Part shown: in pieces, positions 26,621-41,259 of the stretch
Numbering within the stretch: position 1 is the stretch's first letter
How the letters are laid out: every line of letters begins with the position of its first letter
NCBI GenBank assembly: GCA_951406725.2
Contig: OX597816.1
Coordinates: forward strand, 88,350,001-88,414,000
Direction of reading: 5' to 3'
DNA: 64,000 bases
Source: Octopus vulgaris
Lineage: Eukaryota
Made by a program: the position numbers and the translations under genes
The notes under the pieces: model-generated
Database searches by the model: none
Seen by the model: only the letters and a program-made list of their open reading frames with translations
Told to the model about the DNA's origin: nothing

Positions 26621-27887
26621 TTTCATATATATATATATATATATATACATACATACATACATACATACATACATACATACATACATACATACATACATAC
26701 ATACGTACGTATGTATTAATGTGTATTTACGAGTGTGTATATATGTAGGTATATATATATACACATGCATAAATGTATGCATCTATGTTTACATATATAT
26801 ACTTGTACGCATTCACATGCTACTCCTTTTCTCTTTATATTAGAGTGCCTTAGAAATCCTGATTGAACTCATCGATTTACACTTTACAAGTTAGAATAAA
26901 GAGAACTTTAATTTCTAGCGGCTGCTAGTTTAGCATTTTAGTTACATTTGATTGGCTTCGCTATAAAAACTCGATGCTGGTCATTAAACTATAATTACTG
27001 ACAAACGATCTCATAATTCACCAGGACGAGGTGGACATGATGTAGTCATCACTGACTGAATTACTCACCGATCAGTACAAACAGTCTGCGCCTTGCAAAG
27101 CAGTCGAATCATTTCTCTATTTAAATGTTTGAAATTATACATGCAGAAAAGACACACACGCACACAAATACATGAACACACGCTCACGGACGGACACACA
27201 CACAAACACAGACCACAAACACATAGACACACATATATGCGTGTAGGTATGTATGTATACGTACGACAGGCTTCTTTCAGTTTCCATCTACCGGTGCCAG
27301 AATAGGACAAACTTTCACACTTTGCCGCTCACATGGTTGGGAAGATTACGTTTTGAAGAAAGCATATTTACCACACAATCAGGCAAACATCTATACATTA
27401 ATACAAATACACAGGCACATACGCACACATACATATACATACACACAAGCGCGCGCGCGCGCTTATACACGTTTATACACAAAAACCGTACAGTCATATA
27501 GCCAGACTCAAAATTACCTTTACACTGAGACACCCATAGCAAAAGAACATATGCACAATCCCTAACAATTAGCATCACATATGTCACTAACACACAGAAG
27601 ATACAATCATACGCACACAAGGTATACGTTAGCTATGTGAGAAACGTACTCATAATCACAGTTCTGAAGAACACCACAAACACACACTCCCCATCAATTA
27701 TTCTCACATCGTTCCCACTTATCTCCCTTGTTACTCTCGTGTGTACAAAATCTCGCTGTTTCTAACATGATATGAGGTAAACTAAGACGAATAAGCTACA
27801 TTGATCATATTATTATAACTTTTCGGATCTTTTCCTATTATATTGGCATTCAGTAGAAGAATCATTTCTACTAATACTTAAGCGTTG

Positions 27888-28062
27888 AGAGGCAGTAAGC
27901 TGACATAACGGAGAAAAACGCATAGCAGCAGAGTTCAAATTCCGTTTATGCCGACTTTACGTTTCATCATTTTGGAGACGATAAAATAAACACCAGTTGA
28001 GCATTACGGTCGATATAATCGATTTTCTTCCCTTCTAGAAAAATTACTGAACTTGTGCCAAA
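27888..28062 (+). mobile_element. SINE family A copy (internally deleted)
   Basis: GGCAGTAAGCTGACATAA...GAGTTCAAATTCCG..CGACTTT..TTTCATC..CGATAAAATAA..CCAGTTGAGCA..CTTGTGCCAAAA. Confidence 0.7.
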
Positions 28063-28469
28063 AGTAAGGATGAATTGCTTCGAACGTTTAACTTAATAAC
28101 TACACTTGGTTTTCACTTTCATTTTCGTCTTGATAGTTTTCCTAATTTTTATATGTGTGTAGTAGTAAATGTGCGCGCGCGTTATTGCGTGTGTGAGTGT
28201 GTGTGTTTGTATGTGTGCAAGGGTTTGTGGTATATGGGTGTTTCGAGGGGAGTAACCGTATGTGCACGTAACTGTCGTTCTGCATATGTGTGTAAACACT
28301 CACTAAATAAAAAGGTGTTATTATTCACATGTACGAGCATGCACGAAGGCATGCAACGCGAAATATTCGCTCGTCGCAAATAGGAAGAAGAGAGTAATAC
28401 ATAGCTATATATGAATGTGTATGTGTGTACGTGAGCATCTGTGTGCGTGCGGGAGCCTTCAACCTTGAG

Positions 28470-28870
28470 GGTATGGATGTGTATATTTATGTATGCATGT
28501 ATGTATGCATGTATGTATGCATGTATGTATGCATGTATGTATGCATGTATGTCTGTATGTGCGTATGTGCATGCATGTGTGTAAGGCGTATGTGTGTATG
28601 TATCTATTCATGTATGTATGTACGTATGTGTGTATACATACATGTATGTATGTATGCATACCTGACTGCATGCATGCATGTATGCAAGCATGTATTTATG
28701 TATGCATGCATATATGTATGTATGCATGTATGTATATTTCTATGCATACGTGCATGTATGTAATTATGCATGCATGCTTGTATGTATGCATGCATGTACT
28801 ACTGTATGCATGTATGCATGTATGTATGTATGCATTTACGTACGTAATTATGTAACTATGTATGTATGCT
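28470..28870. repeat. (TATG)n/(CATG)n microsatellite with a 12-bp higher-order unit GTATGTATGCAT
   Basis: Direct inspection. Confidence 0.9.
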
Positions 28871-29214
28871 TCTCTGCATATGTATTTAGTTATGTGTATA
28901 ATGCACGTCTGTTATTAAACAGTTGCGCGTGGATTATTCTAAACACGCACTGGCGTTATTATACACTTTTGCTTTTATAGATCTTATATACACACGTTGT
29001 TCTCTAATTTTTACTTTTTCAGCCACCACACCTCTCTTTACCACCTCTCCTGCCTCAAACCCACTCCCTTATTCTTATCTTTCCTTCCAGTAGCATGCCT
29101 TAACCGAAGTATCTTTCCGTCACCTATTTGTACTTTGCCCATGTATTTTTGTACGTATATTTATTTTATTTTACTAAATTTTATTCTTTATTACGTATCA
29201 ATATCAAGAGAAAC

Positions 29215-29576
<362 letters not shown>

Positions 29577-29780
29577 TTCTTTAAATATGAATACACAATT
29601 GTTTTTAGTTCAATGTAACTTATACAAATATGTGCCCGTATGTCGATGTATATATGTGTTTGCTTGCATACATACATATATGCAGATGTGACATTATCAC
29701 ACGCACGCGCATACAACATACAAACACACACGCGCGTACACGCCCCTCCACACACACACACAAACATAGGTAGATAGATA

Positions 29781-31008
29781 CGGGGTGGTATCAAAAGTTT
29801 CCCAGCCTAGTTATATATACAATAGAAAATAGCATATTTACCTAAGTTTTAACATCATCTCCTTCGAAATAGTCACCTTGCGCAGCATTACACCTGTTCT
29901 ACCGTCCCTGCCACTTATGGAATCCAGCCTGGAAGTTGTTTTCCGTAAGCGTGTCGAGGACCTTTTATGATTCTCTCTGAATCTTGACAACTGAGTTAAA
30001 ACGGCAACCTCTGAGCTACATGTTCTTCTTGGGGAAGAGATGGAAGTCCACCGGTGCTAAAGCTGACGAATAGTGCGGACACGGAGAGCTCGGTGACAGG
30101 GTGTATTGTCGTCGTGAAGAATCCACAGATCTGATCGCTTTCACCGAATGTCCTCCCTCAAACGCTTCAAAACAGTCGCAATAGAGCTCTCGATTGACGG
30201 TCTAACCCTGGCGACGATACCTACAGCAGATATCGGAAGAAAACGATGAGCATGCTCTTGATTGAGATGGGGGTTCTGGCTGCCTTCTTCGGTCGTGGAG
30301 ATGAAGGGCTCTTTCATTGTGACGACTGCTGCTTCGTCTTAGGGTCAAACCCGTAGACCAAACTCCCGTCACCGTGATGATCTTCAACATGAAGGATGTC
30401 ATCAGCGACACGTTGATAAAGATTTTGACAGACTTTGAAGCGATATTCTTTCTGCTCAGGGGTCAGCAGACGGAGTACAAATTTGGCAGAGACACAGCGT
30501 ATGTTCAATTCAGACGATAGGATTGCTTGCACCCATACAACAGACCAACAACATTAGCAATGTCGTTGATTGTCATTCAACGATCCTCATGCACAAGCTA
30601 ATAAATTTTCTCCACATTTCTGGGGGTGATGCTCGTGGTGGGTCTTCCAGATCGCTCATCGTATTTCAGGGGCGCTCTTCCCGCTTTTGAAGCGCTCGTG
30701 CCACTCGAATCATTGCGTATGACCTATTGCCTTGTCAACGTAAGCTTGCCAAAACATGCTTAATGTCTTTGTAGCAGACTTCCCAATTTTAACGCAAAAT
30801 TTCACGTTGGTTATTTGTTCCTGTTCATGAAAAATCGCACACAACAACATGCAAGTGATCACAAAATACAAATTTCACAGCTTGTAAAGTAAACACATGA
30901 TGTCACTTGGCATACTGCTTCATAAAGGTCACTGCTAGCTCTCATTGCGCACGCAACCATGTTGGCATAATATAGAACTAGTCCGTGAAGTTTTTTTATA
31001 CTACCTCG
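29781..31008 (-). mobile_element. Near full-length mariner (DD34D-type) transposon with a degraded transposase
   Basis: Imperfect TIRs CGGGGTGGTATCAAAAGTTTCCCAGCCTAGTT and AACTAGTCCGTGAAGTTTTTTTATACTACCTCG, with TA on the left. Minus-strand motifs SAKFVLRLLTPEQK, TGDGSLVYGFDPKTKQQSSQ, WILHDDNTPCH, YSSALAPVDFHLFPK, GDYFEGD. Confidence 0.9.
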
Positions 31009-31264
31009 AAGACAGATGCAAATATCATTTCTACTATAGGCAAAAGGTTTGAAATTTTGAGGGGCGAGCCTAGTCGATAACATTGACTCCAGTGACTCGT
31101 AATTAATTTATCAACACTGAAAGTAGACATCAGCAAAATGTGATCAATTTGTCAATAAAATTATTAAAATATGCATAAAATCTACAACCATAATTCACAA
31201 GCAAGTATGGCCTTGTAATATCTACCACGATTTAAGCAATTATTTGAGGGGCTTATGTAATGGA

Positions 31265-31502
31265 AAGCAGACACAGGATTGAACTCGACACTTCCTGACT
31301 TGAACCAGCGAAACAACGAAGATACGACAACTGCTGGGAGAGAGTGCTGCACCAGCAACCGGCTAGCGCTCGTTTTCTGTTCAGTGGATTGAAAATGCGA
31401 AATGAATTGCTTTGCTCAAGCAAGCAACAAGCCAACACGTCCAGGAATTGAATACGCGACTCAATGACCATGAATCTAACACTCTTTACTACTGGGCTAC
31501 AC
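31265..31502 (-). mobile_element. tRNA-headed SINE (family C-related)
   Basis: Minus-strand head GTAGCCCAGTAGTAAAGAGTGTT..GTATTCAATTCCTGGA followed by CTTGAGCAAAGCAATTCATTTC, as in 40253-40535 and 61369-61624. Confidence 0.6.
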
Positions 31503-33814
31503 ACACATGCACACACGCAAACACTCGTATGTATAAATGTATCTATACATATCTATAGACATATGTGTATGCATCTGCACATACATATGTAGGTAAATGT
31601 TTGTGTGTGTACTTACATATACTCAGACATATTCATATTTTTGTGTGTGTTTGTGTGTATATTTATGCAACTTAACGGATCAATTTAGCTAAATCTCTTG
31701 CTATATCAATACAACGAAAAAAGAATCTCGTTGGCTCTGATCCTATTTTTGAGATCAACATCAATAAAACAATATCTCCCCACATGAAGTTTCGTGAAGC
31801 GCTTAATTGATCTGAAGGTTGTCTTCTATATCAAAGGATGCATTTGATACTCAGCTTGCTAGCTTCTATTTGCCTATGCATGCTATTGCATTCTAGATAT
31901 TGCTTTGGAAGAGACAGTAATACAAATAGAACGGAAATGAATTTTGGAACTGTTCAATATAAATGTAATATGTTTATAATCTATTGAAGAATTGTCTATT
32001 GTTAGGAAGAATATCGAGATAATTGTAGCCTGTAAATGTGCGTTCAAGTTGAACAAGTGATTTAAATTTAATACATTTGAATAATAAAAAAAAATAATTC
32101 GCATATGAAGTTGTTAGTGTACTTGTTTAGTTACATCTTAATCCTTATTTAGGAGAGCTCAAAATCTTACCTGGCATGTTTTTCCTGTGTTTATTTTGCT
32201 TCTTTTATTTCAGAAGTAGTGCATGTATTGTAGAATGTAACAAAGGCTTGGAGATCAAATATGTCCCCAGTCGAAATACCAATGTCACAAGCATTCAGAT
32301 AAGCACTCAGTTTCTCTCTCTTTCAATTTATGTACTTAGGAAATTGACGTGCAGGTGTAGTGTCTAAATGATGATGGGTAACATTACTAACTAGGGAGCA
32401 CAAATATTAGGATACATGACTCTTTTCTCTTGAAGGATTTATTTAAAAATGTAAAAGTACACCATATAATGTGTCCTTCCATTTTTAGTTTGAAGGCGAA
32501 TTGTCTGATACATGAGGGAATCTTGTAATGAACTATTAGAAAGAATTATTTTATTTAATTTAGCACATGAATCCTGAGTAAATACAACATAGATAACGAC
32601 TCGGGTAACTCGAAACATAAAATTTACGCGACCCTGGATTTATCACAAAGGAATTTGTGTAACAATGAAGAAATACACATGCATATGAATGAATTACATA
32701 AAAAATTAAAATTCAAAAATAAATAAACGAAATTAAACGTAGTAAAACCTATAGTCATGGGGTTTATAACTGCTGCTATTATTAAGATGATAACTATGAA
32801 GAAAATACTAGTAATAATAATAGTTTCTAACATAATCAGAAGGCCAGAAAGTTGGAGAAGGATTAGGTCAATTAAATCGTCCTCAGTACTTGAGTGATAT
32901 TCTCTTTTGTAAACGCTGTAAGGATGAAAGGGAAAGCTGACCTCAGAAGGTATTAGATTCTTAACGTAAAGAGTTGGAACTAATACCGCGAGAATTTTGC
33001 GGATCCTAAGTATACTGCATGAGTATGAATGTGAAGATGGCTGGCGGTAGCTGGCTATGCCTGACAGGGGGAAACCAGAAACGATTAAGTAAATCGTTGA
33101 TTATGGGCAATCAAGACAATCCATTAGACCAAATTTGATGAAGACAAATATTTATAAGACACAGGCAGAAAGGAAATCTAGACTGTGCGGAAAAGGAAAA
33201 AATAAGTATTAAGTTTCTCCTAAGTGCAATTAACAAGAAAATATAGTATAACTGACTGTGTCGTTAACAAAACAAAAACAAATGTATTGGAATATTAGCC
33301 AACTTTATAGAGTCGGAATGAGAGAAAAGTAATTTAAGCGCAAGCCTGAGGCTCCGATGATGAATGATAATTAAAGAATATTGCAGAATATTGATGCAAG
33401 AAGATTAGATATGGATGGAGGGAGAGAGGTGGGAGAACTGACAAACAGACAGACAGAGAATGAGGGAGATACAGAGCTAACAGTATAATACCATGCACTC
33501 TGCCAAAAAAAAAAATAGGTACAAAATTGAGATATATTAGAAGAGCTAAAAGCTCGAAGGGTTTGAGGAACAGAAAGGTGAAAAATCATTCCTATGGCAA
33601 ATAGCGCGAGAGCCATATAGCTACATAAGAAGCTGAAGGAGACTGGAATTAGAACAAGTATTGTCGACCTGAAGAAAAGTATCAAGTTTTCTACAAGAAG
33701 AGTTTGCAAGATACAAGACATTTGATAAGATTTATCGTCAAATGTGAGATTAATATCCTTATTAATTAAAAAGCATATGATAGATTTTGAACAATAATGA
33801 TAATATTGCTTGCA

Positions 33815-34010
33815 ATTTTTTAGTATGCTGCCTGCAATTTTGTGGGGAGGAAACACATCGACTGCCTAGATCCCTGTACCTGACTGGTGTTCTTATTTTA
33901 TCGATCCCGAAAGGTTAAAAGACTAATTTTAGATGAGAAAGTAAAGACCCGAAAGAAATGTCACTAAGCATTTTTTAAGATACGCTAACGACTCTTCCAG
34001 CTCACTGTCT
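33815..34010 (-). mobile_element. SINE family A copy
   Basis: TTATTTTATCGATCCCGAAAGG...GAAATGTCACTAAGCATTT...GCTAACGACTCTTCCAGCTCACTGTC. Confidence 0.7.
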
Positions 34011-34032
34011 TAATAATAATAATAATAATAAT

Positions 34033-34207
34033 GACCTTGCAAGGTCATGCGCTGTTTATCTTGATATGAGATCACCATGTCGCGCACATATGGTTGCGAT
34101 GTATGTGCCTAGTGTACCCTTATCAGGCAGGTAGTCATGATGGGTATACTGGGCTTCGTATATTTTACCCCAGTGTCACTTTGATGGCATGCACTGCTCT
34201 GTCACTC

Positions 34208-34208
<1 letters not shown>
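34033..34208 (+). mobile_element. Short element embedded in (TAA)n, probably the 3' UTR of an R4/Dong-type LINE
   Basis: A 176-bp GC-normal block flanked on both sides by (TAA)n (34011-34032 and 34208-34262) and directly followed by an RLE-domain fragment. The 3' UTR assignment is inference. Confidence 0.45.
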
Positions 34209-34291
<83 letters not shown>

Positions 34292-34309
34292 AAGAAGAAG
34301 AAGAATATA

Positions 34310-34670
34310 CCATAAGGTGTCACCAAGAATAACTAGTATAAGACTTTGTGGGATTTTACAATCCAGTGTGTTTCAGTAATGGATACTCGGGGACCAGGCA
34401 TTGTTGTAGTTGATATGATGAAAGATACCAAAATCACAAATATTGTTATACCTCTGAATCTCCAAGAGGATGATAAAGAACTGAAAAGATTGAGTAGATC
34501 AAATTACAAATGTGGGTAATAAAGAGTAACCATCAGCCTAGTAGTTGTAGGGGTACTGGGCGCTTTTGCAACAAGCTTTCAGGAATATGTCGGTAAAATT
34601 GGAAATGACATGAGGCTAGAACTTGCTCAGAAAACTGTTTTATTGGGGATAGCGAATATTTTTGAGGTCG
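34310..34670 (+). pseudogene. Degenerate restriction-like endonuclease domain of an R4/Dong-type non-LTR retrotransposon
   Basis: KTLWDFTIQC..TRGPGIVVVD..ITNIVIP (cf. LWDFxIQxD..RPDIVVVD..IDIAIP), VVVGVLG, and AQKTVLLGIANI (cf. LQKxVLLGTAxIL). Confidence 0.75.
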
Positions 34671-36975
34671 ATTCTTGGATGTTACGTATTGTGAAAGAAG
34701 ACTCTGTGTGACCCATAATTACAGAGTTAGCCGGAGCAAGGGAAATCGAAAGCTCTGAGAAGTGAAATGACAACAAAAACAAAAAACAAAAACACAGATA
34801 CACACACAACGACAACACTAACAAGAACACTGCTACTGCTGTTGCCGCTGCTGCTACAACTGATGCTGCTGCAGATGATGACGACGACGACGATGATGAT
34901 GATGATGATTTCTACCATTGGCAGGAAGTTGCACATTTTGATAGACAACGCATAATACAAGTATTAATCCTCTTACAAGTTTCTAACGATATGAATATAC
35001 AAATGGACGCATGCTTTAGCAAAAATATATATAAATTGCTCATTTCAAATATCAAAACTTTTGATGCAAAAGGATTCAATCTGGTTAGAGAAATTCATGG
35101 AGATGGATGCCTAAATACTCTAATCTAATAAAAATTCGATCACGCCTGTCAAACATTCTCGAAACTCTAATTTTGTCTCGAATTAAGAAAATATATCGAC
35201 AACTCAAAAGTCTTGTAGCGAAGTAGCAGAAATTTGCAAAGAGCGATCTCGTGATTTAACGATTAGCTACTGAAACAGAAGGCTAGTAGAGTAATGCAGT
35301 CTGCAGCAGAAGTTATATATTACCAGGATAGGTCATATAAAAATATAGACTATTGCTGCGTACTGCATCTTTGGATCGTAGAGTAAATAACGATTTATTA
35401 AATATAAATCAATAATTGTGTTATTGAGGAAAATTACTATACGAAAATGAAATACTCGTGTGGTAAACCACAAAGAATGTATTCTGAAATCTAGGGCTGT
35501 TCATATAAACACTGGTGAGGTTTTAAGGAATAATTATTAGATACATAGAGAGAGAGTAAGAAAGAAAAAAGATGTTTTTTTAATTATCAAGAAAGAGTAA
35601 GAAACATAAGTATTTATTGTTTTCAAAACTATGCATAAAGAATTAATAGTTTTGAGGAAGTAATGTCGCCGAAAAAATGGAGGGAAGATTTAATTCTTTC
35701 TAGAAATGTGAAATGCCATACAAAATGACTTTAAATGTAAAGAGTGCAAGATGTTTATAGATGAACTTTAATAAGGTAAATAGTAATTAATAAGTAGAAT
35801 GCAGGTGTAATCCAAGCTTTAAAATATTGATAGCTAAGGGAATCCACATAACTAGAGATAACAAGTATGAAGATAAGTTTGTATTATACTGCGGAGGCAG
35901 TCAGTCATCAGTTTGAACTGTATGAGTGGGGAGTTGACAGAAGTACAAGACGAAGTTGTATGAGAAATAGAAGACAAAAGAATGGAGATTAATGAAGTAT
36001 ATATAAAATAAAGAACCCGAAAAAGAATTTGAAGAAGAGAACGAAGACGATGACAAAAGATAGTTAACTACACAGGTGTTATAAGTAATTCATTTCTTTC
36101 TTCTCCATTTAAATAGAAATATTTCTTTCTTATTCGCTTTAACTCTTCTTTCAAATTCTAAAGAATCTTATCCTGTTTTTAGCCACAACTAATCTACTAG
36201 CGAAACTAATCTCCGATATTTGTTTGTATTTATTGTGTATACCTTTAACTTTTCTGCCTATATGTAGAAAACGGGTTCACGCAGTCTGTTTGAAGCTTTA
36301 CTAGGACTTGCATCAATCGCAACCAATGCCTTGTGCAGTTGGAAAGTTCTAAAACGAAACACGAACAGTTGAAAAGAACTACTATTATTATTACATATAT
36401 GTTTTATGCTGATATATTAGAAAAATGATATGCTTGTGTATGTAAATCAAAATGTTCTTCTGAGATTTGTTGAAATCATGTCACTCTTGTTATCCTAAAT
36501 GCAGTAAAACTGTGATTGACCTGTTGGAAAACCTGTCGCCAATGAAGGAACTGCACAAAAACTGCTGTAAAAATAGTGAGGCGTTTACCTCTAGAATTGA
36601 AACTACTGAATCAAGATATGATTATTCTTAGTGTAAAGACTGAAGTCGAAACCGACTATTCTGTAACTTAAATACTGTTCGTAAAAAATGAACTTTATGC
36701 CGACACTGGTTCATCTACCACACAACTACGCCTTCAATACAATCATGAAAACAGAAAATATATGTATATATGTGTGTGTGAAAAAGAGAGAAAGTGTGTG
36801 TGTGTACATAAGTGCATGTGTGTTTCAAAAAAGAAAAGAAACGCTCAAAAGATACCTACATAAGTTCACATTCTCACATATAAAAGTGAAAGCTATATAC
36901 ATATACGCAGCCATACAAACGTACATTGCATAAGCGTATGTATATTTGTGTGTGTAAGTATATATGCACGCATGC

Positions 36976-37008
<33 letters not shown>

Positions 37009-37335
37009 TGTATGTATGTATGTATGTATGTATGTATGTATGTATATTCCATTTGAAATTTCCAACAATATAAGAACGATTTTTTAAGTAAGTTTAATTA
37101 TCTCTTGGAATCAAACAAAATATGATAAAAAAAATATTTAATTAAAAAAAAAGTACTAAGTAAATCAAAACAAAATGGAACTGAAATTGTAGGAAGCAAA
37201 AATTCTACAGAGAGTAAACGAAATTCCTCATGTGTTACAATACATATTAATTTAAAATTCATTTATTTCAAGAACCATCCACCATCTGATAAGAATTTGT
37301 GTCTTCTTGTAGTCATGTTCTATTGTGCTCTTACA

Positions 37336-37396
<61 letters not shown>

Positions 37397-37523
37397 GTTG
37401 TTGTTGTTGTTGTTGCTGTTGATGTTGCTGTTGCTGTTGCTGTTGCTGTTGTTGTTGTTGTTGTTGTTGTATATTATTATTGTTGTTGTTGTTAATGCTG
37501 TTGCTGTTGCTGCTTTTGTTGTT
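37336..37523. repeat. Compound trinucleotide repeat (TTA)n(TTG)n(CTG)n
   Basis: Direct inspection. Confidence 0.95.
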
Positions 37524-38345
37524 ATACCTTTTATATTTTTGATAAATTTTCTCACTTACACCGACATGTTCTGGTGAATGCGTAAAATAGCAGTTTAGTA
37601 ACCATGTTAGAACTTAATCAGAGATAAAATTGATTGAGTGATACATAAATACACTAAGATCGATATGTTGGTTTAAATTTTTCTCATCTCATCTCATCTT
37701 ACTTGTCGACATGTATTGCTTTTATTGTAATTACTATGACAGCCGACTTAAGTTTTGATATATTAGTTATGTAATGAACTACTACGTGAAACTAAAAATA
37801 AAACTAAAGCACTCTCTAAAATATAACAGTATACATGTATATAGGTGTATGTGAATAGTTATGCATATAAATATAATCATACATATCTATACGCACAGTA
37901 TATACGTACTTTCACACACATACATACTCACGCACACAAACACCCATACACACATATACACTCACATAAGATAGAAAGAGTAAGAATTTGCGAACATACA
38001 TATGCACGAAGTATCTATCCGAGAAATATTTTAAGGAATAAATATTGAGTATTAAATAAAAATATTTCCAGTCCATTATAGAAATACTAATTTAATGCAC
38101 GGAATTCCGTGTATGATGTTACCTATGCACAATACTCGTTGTCTTCCATTATTAACGTATCTAGTATGATCATCCATATGAGAAGACGCAATACCATAAA
38201 GGCAGTATAATTTCTGATTTTGTTACATGTCACTACATAGTGGGAAGTTTTTGCGTTTTTACTTATGTCACCTGTGTGTTTATACAGTTTGTAGTGTTTG
38301 ATCTAATTCTGTGACGTTATATCGTCATACCTAGTGGAATTGGGA

Positions 38346-38380
<35 letters not shown>

Positions 38381-38490
38381 TATATATATATACACACACA
38401 TACATATATACATAATACACACATATATAGGTCAAGCGGAAAAAATTTATATATATCAATATAGTTGTCAGAGATATGCTTTCTTGATGA

Positions 38491-38566
<76 letters not shown>

Positions 38567-38577
38567 GTAGTATCTAA

Positions 38578-38614
<37 letters not shown>

Positions 38615-38620
<6 letters not shown>

Positions 38621-38955
38621 ATAAGGGCGCTTTTTAAGTACCACCTTCGCTAAAAATAGGAGTCAAAACACTCCGAAGCCGCAAATATTAACACTATACA
38701 TTCAGTTTTGCAATTTTTGCAGAGGTAAGAGGCAATCTTTATTTCGCTTACTGTTTGTTTCCAACCATGCCTGTGAATATACGGTGTTAATTTTTGTAGC
38801 TTCGGAGTGTTTTGACCCCTATCTTTAGCAAAGCTGGTGCTTCAAAAAGTGTCCTTATTATATTTAATTCTTATATGAATTTTGCCTATACGGTTTTAGC
38901 TTGAGGCCGGTAACATTAATATTTCTCATGAGTATTAGTGTTCTTTTATACATTT
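38615..38955. repeat. Asymmetric fold-back element next to (TA)n (arms about 38615-38704 and 38774-38864, tail to about 38955)
   Basis: AATATAATAAGGGCGCTTTTTAAGTACCACC..GTCAAAACACTCCGAAGC pairs with GCTTCGGAGTGTTTTGAC..GGTGCTTCAAAAAGTGTCCTTATTATATT, with moderate divergence. Confidence 0.85.
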
Positions 38956-38990
38956 ATATATTTTTAAAAATTACACGCACACACACATAA

Positions 38991-39145
38991 TTCAAAACAG
39001 TTTGATTCTAATTCCGTGCTACTTCAAGTTTCGCAGGCGTCTAACGGAGCCTGTCTTCTCTGGCTGGTGGAATATTCTACAAGCTAAGGAGACAAGGGCC
39101 TGCGAATATTGAAGCAGCATGGAATCTGGATCAAACTTTTGGGAA
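38991..39145. repeat. Imperfect palindrome/hairpin centred at 39073/39074
   Basis: Outer arms 38999-39038 and 39098-39137; inner arms 39052-39073 and 39074-39094 (TGTCTT..GGTGGAAT|ATTCTAC..GGAGACA). Confidence 0.8.
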
Positions 39146-40252
39146 TAATACAGGTATCTCCTAATAAATGTATTGTGTGCCATTTCCTTTCGTTTGCCCT
39201 ATCGTCGCTAAGTCAGAAAGAAAAACAATGTCTATAAGACTTTTCAGGTCCTAAAGACTAGCAGGAGGATGACAACATGAAACAGCACGAGCCTGGATCG
39301 AACACGTTCATAGAAAGGACTCGTCTAATTTGCCCAGTAGGTTAGGTAGTGGTATTTGACTGCACGACTTATAAGTTTACTACATGATACACACAATAGT
39401 GAGATTAGAATTCAAAATACATAAAACGGAATGAAATACTGCGATGCGTCATGTTTAAGGGTTTACTGATATCAATATTTCTCTGTCTTTGACCACAACT
39501 TCATTTATCGCAGAAAGAAAAGCAAGGTTGATTTTGGTGGTATTGAAACCTAGAATGCAAGAGCCAGGAATAAACATCAAAGGCGTATTTGTCCCGTTGC
39601 TCTAACGCTTTGCCAAAATTACACAAACTGATCTATATGATTATGGTCTTTTTTACGGGTCTACATACAGGAAAGCCACAGTCCATTATTAAATCTCGAA
39701 ATTAGTATTAACGTATATGTATTTTTTTTTTACCCTTTGCCTTCCTTTCTCTCACAAACGCTTCCCCCCTCTCTCTATGTATAAATACGTATAAACACAC
39801 GCGCACACACACACACACACACAGACACACATGCCTGTGTATGTATATGCATATATTTAGATGCATGTGTATGAATGTCTTGGTGTATGCATCGAGATAG
39901 ATATCTATACACACACATATATACATATATACATGTTTCCAAAGGAAATGTTGATTAGTAACTATGAGGTTTCCGACTGATCTTGTCATCAACTTGAATA
40001 AATCTTCCATTAATACTACATTGTTTTCATAATTAACTTCCCATAAAATCAAACACAACACACACACACGACTATGCATGCATATGCACATACCACATAC
40101 ATAAAGGTACATGTTCATATAATAATATTAATGATAAATATTCAAATATCATGAAGATCCAAACACGAATGATTGCAGACTAAGTCATTTGAAATTTGAA
40201 ACTTTTGGCTGATGATATTTCGATATTTTTAGATATAATATATTCTCTTTTT

Positions 40253-40535
40253 TGTGAAGGCACGTGGCTTAGTGGCTGAGCCATTTCGCTCATGATCGTA
40301 AGGTCGTGAGTTCAATTTCCGGCGGTGCTTTGCATCTTTGAGCAAGACACTTTATTTCACATTGCTCCAGACCTCAAAAATGAGTTGTATCTGTATTTCA
40401 AAGGGTCGGCCTTATCACATTCTGTGTCACGCTGAATGTGTCTGTAGAGTGTTCAGTCACTTGCACGTTAATTTCCTGAGCAAGCTTTTCCGTTGATCGG
40501 ATCAACTGGAACTCCCATTGACGTAGCCGATCAAG
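40253..40535 (+). mobile_element. tRNA-headed SINE (family C head plus the tail shared with 60764-61117)
   Basis: TGTGAAGGCACGTGGCTTAGTGG..GAGTTCAATTTCC; tail TGTATTTCAAAGGG..TGTCAC..GTTAATTTC..CCGTTGATCGGATCAACTGGAA. Confidence 0.85.
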
Positions 40536-41205
40536 TGTCAGATTCGCTTTGTTGCATTCAGATGTTATATTTTGTAAATATAATATGCTTCTTGTATGAT
40601 ATGTATCTACTATCATGACTCACAAGCGTATATGACTTTGTAGCATGAATTCTGCATTTTCCATTTGTTTTGTGCCTACGGAATCGTGAATAGATATTGA
40701 CAAACTTCCAGCTCTCTCCAACTTGAGAGTGGACCATCGAGGATGTAAAAGGGGAAGAAACATAGAACTATTACATTACAATGAACGGAAACCTTTATCT
40801 GTTACTTTACTTGACAACTAATATTAGTGGAGTTAGACAATTAACTGATAAGGATGTTGTATACATTTGTTAACTGCCTCTATTACGAAACAGATAATGA
40901 AACAGACGCTTCAAAAAGTAATACGTGACTGGGATGTACTTTGTAATTCTACAGAAGTGATTAAAAATAAGGAAGTAAAACATGCGAAGAACGATTAATT
41001 GTAATCGCAATCAAGAGATTATAAAATAGTATTAAAACAATTATTATATATAAATTAAAATGCAGAGAATAAAGTTTTAAAAAGAGAAAATTCATCATCG
41101 CTGACAATCAAAAGTTTTTGCGATTCTTGCGGTTTCAGTTTTTAGTTTCATAAAATGATGTCAACCTACCTATTTACATACATTCATACATTCCAATAGG
41201 GCACG

Positions 41206-41257
<52 letters not shown>

Positions 41258-41259
<2 letters not shown>

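Noticed and set aside
35880-35915. Minus-strand CUGAUGA followed by an ACUGC/GCAGU stem
   Set aside because: No GAAA after the stem.
38096-38113. Short palindrome TGCACGGAATTCCGTGTA
   Set aside because: Too short and does not extend; compatible with chance.
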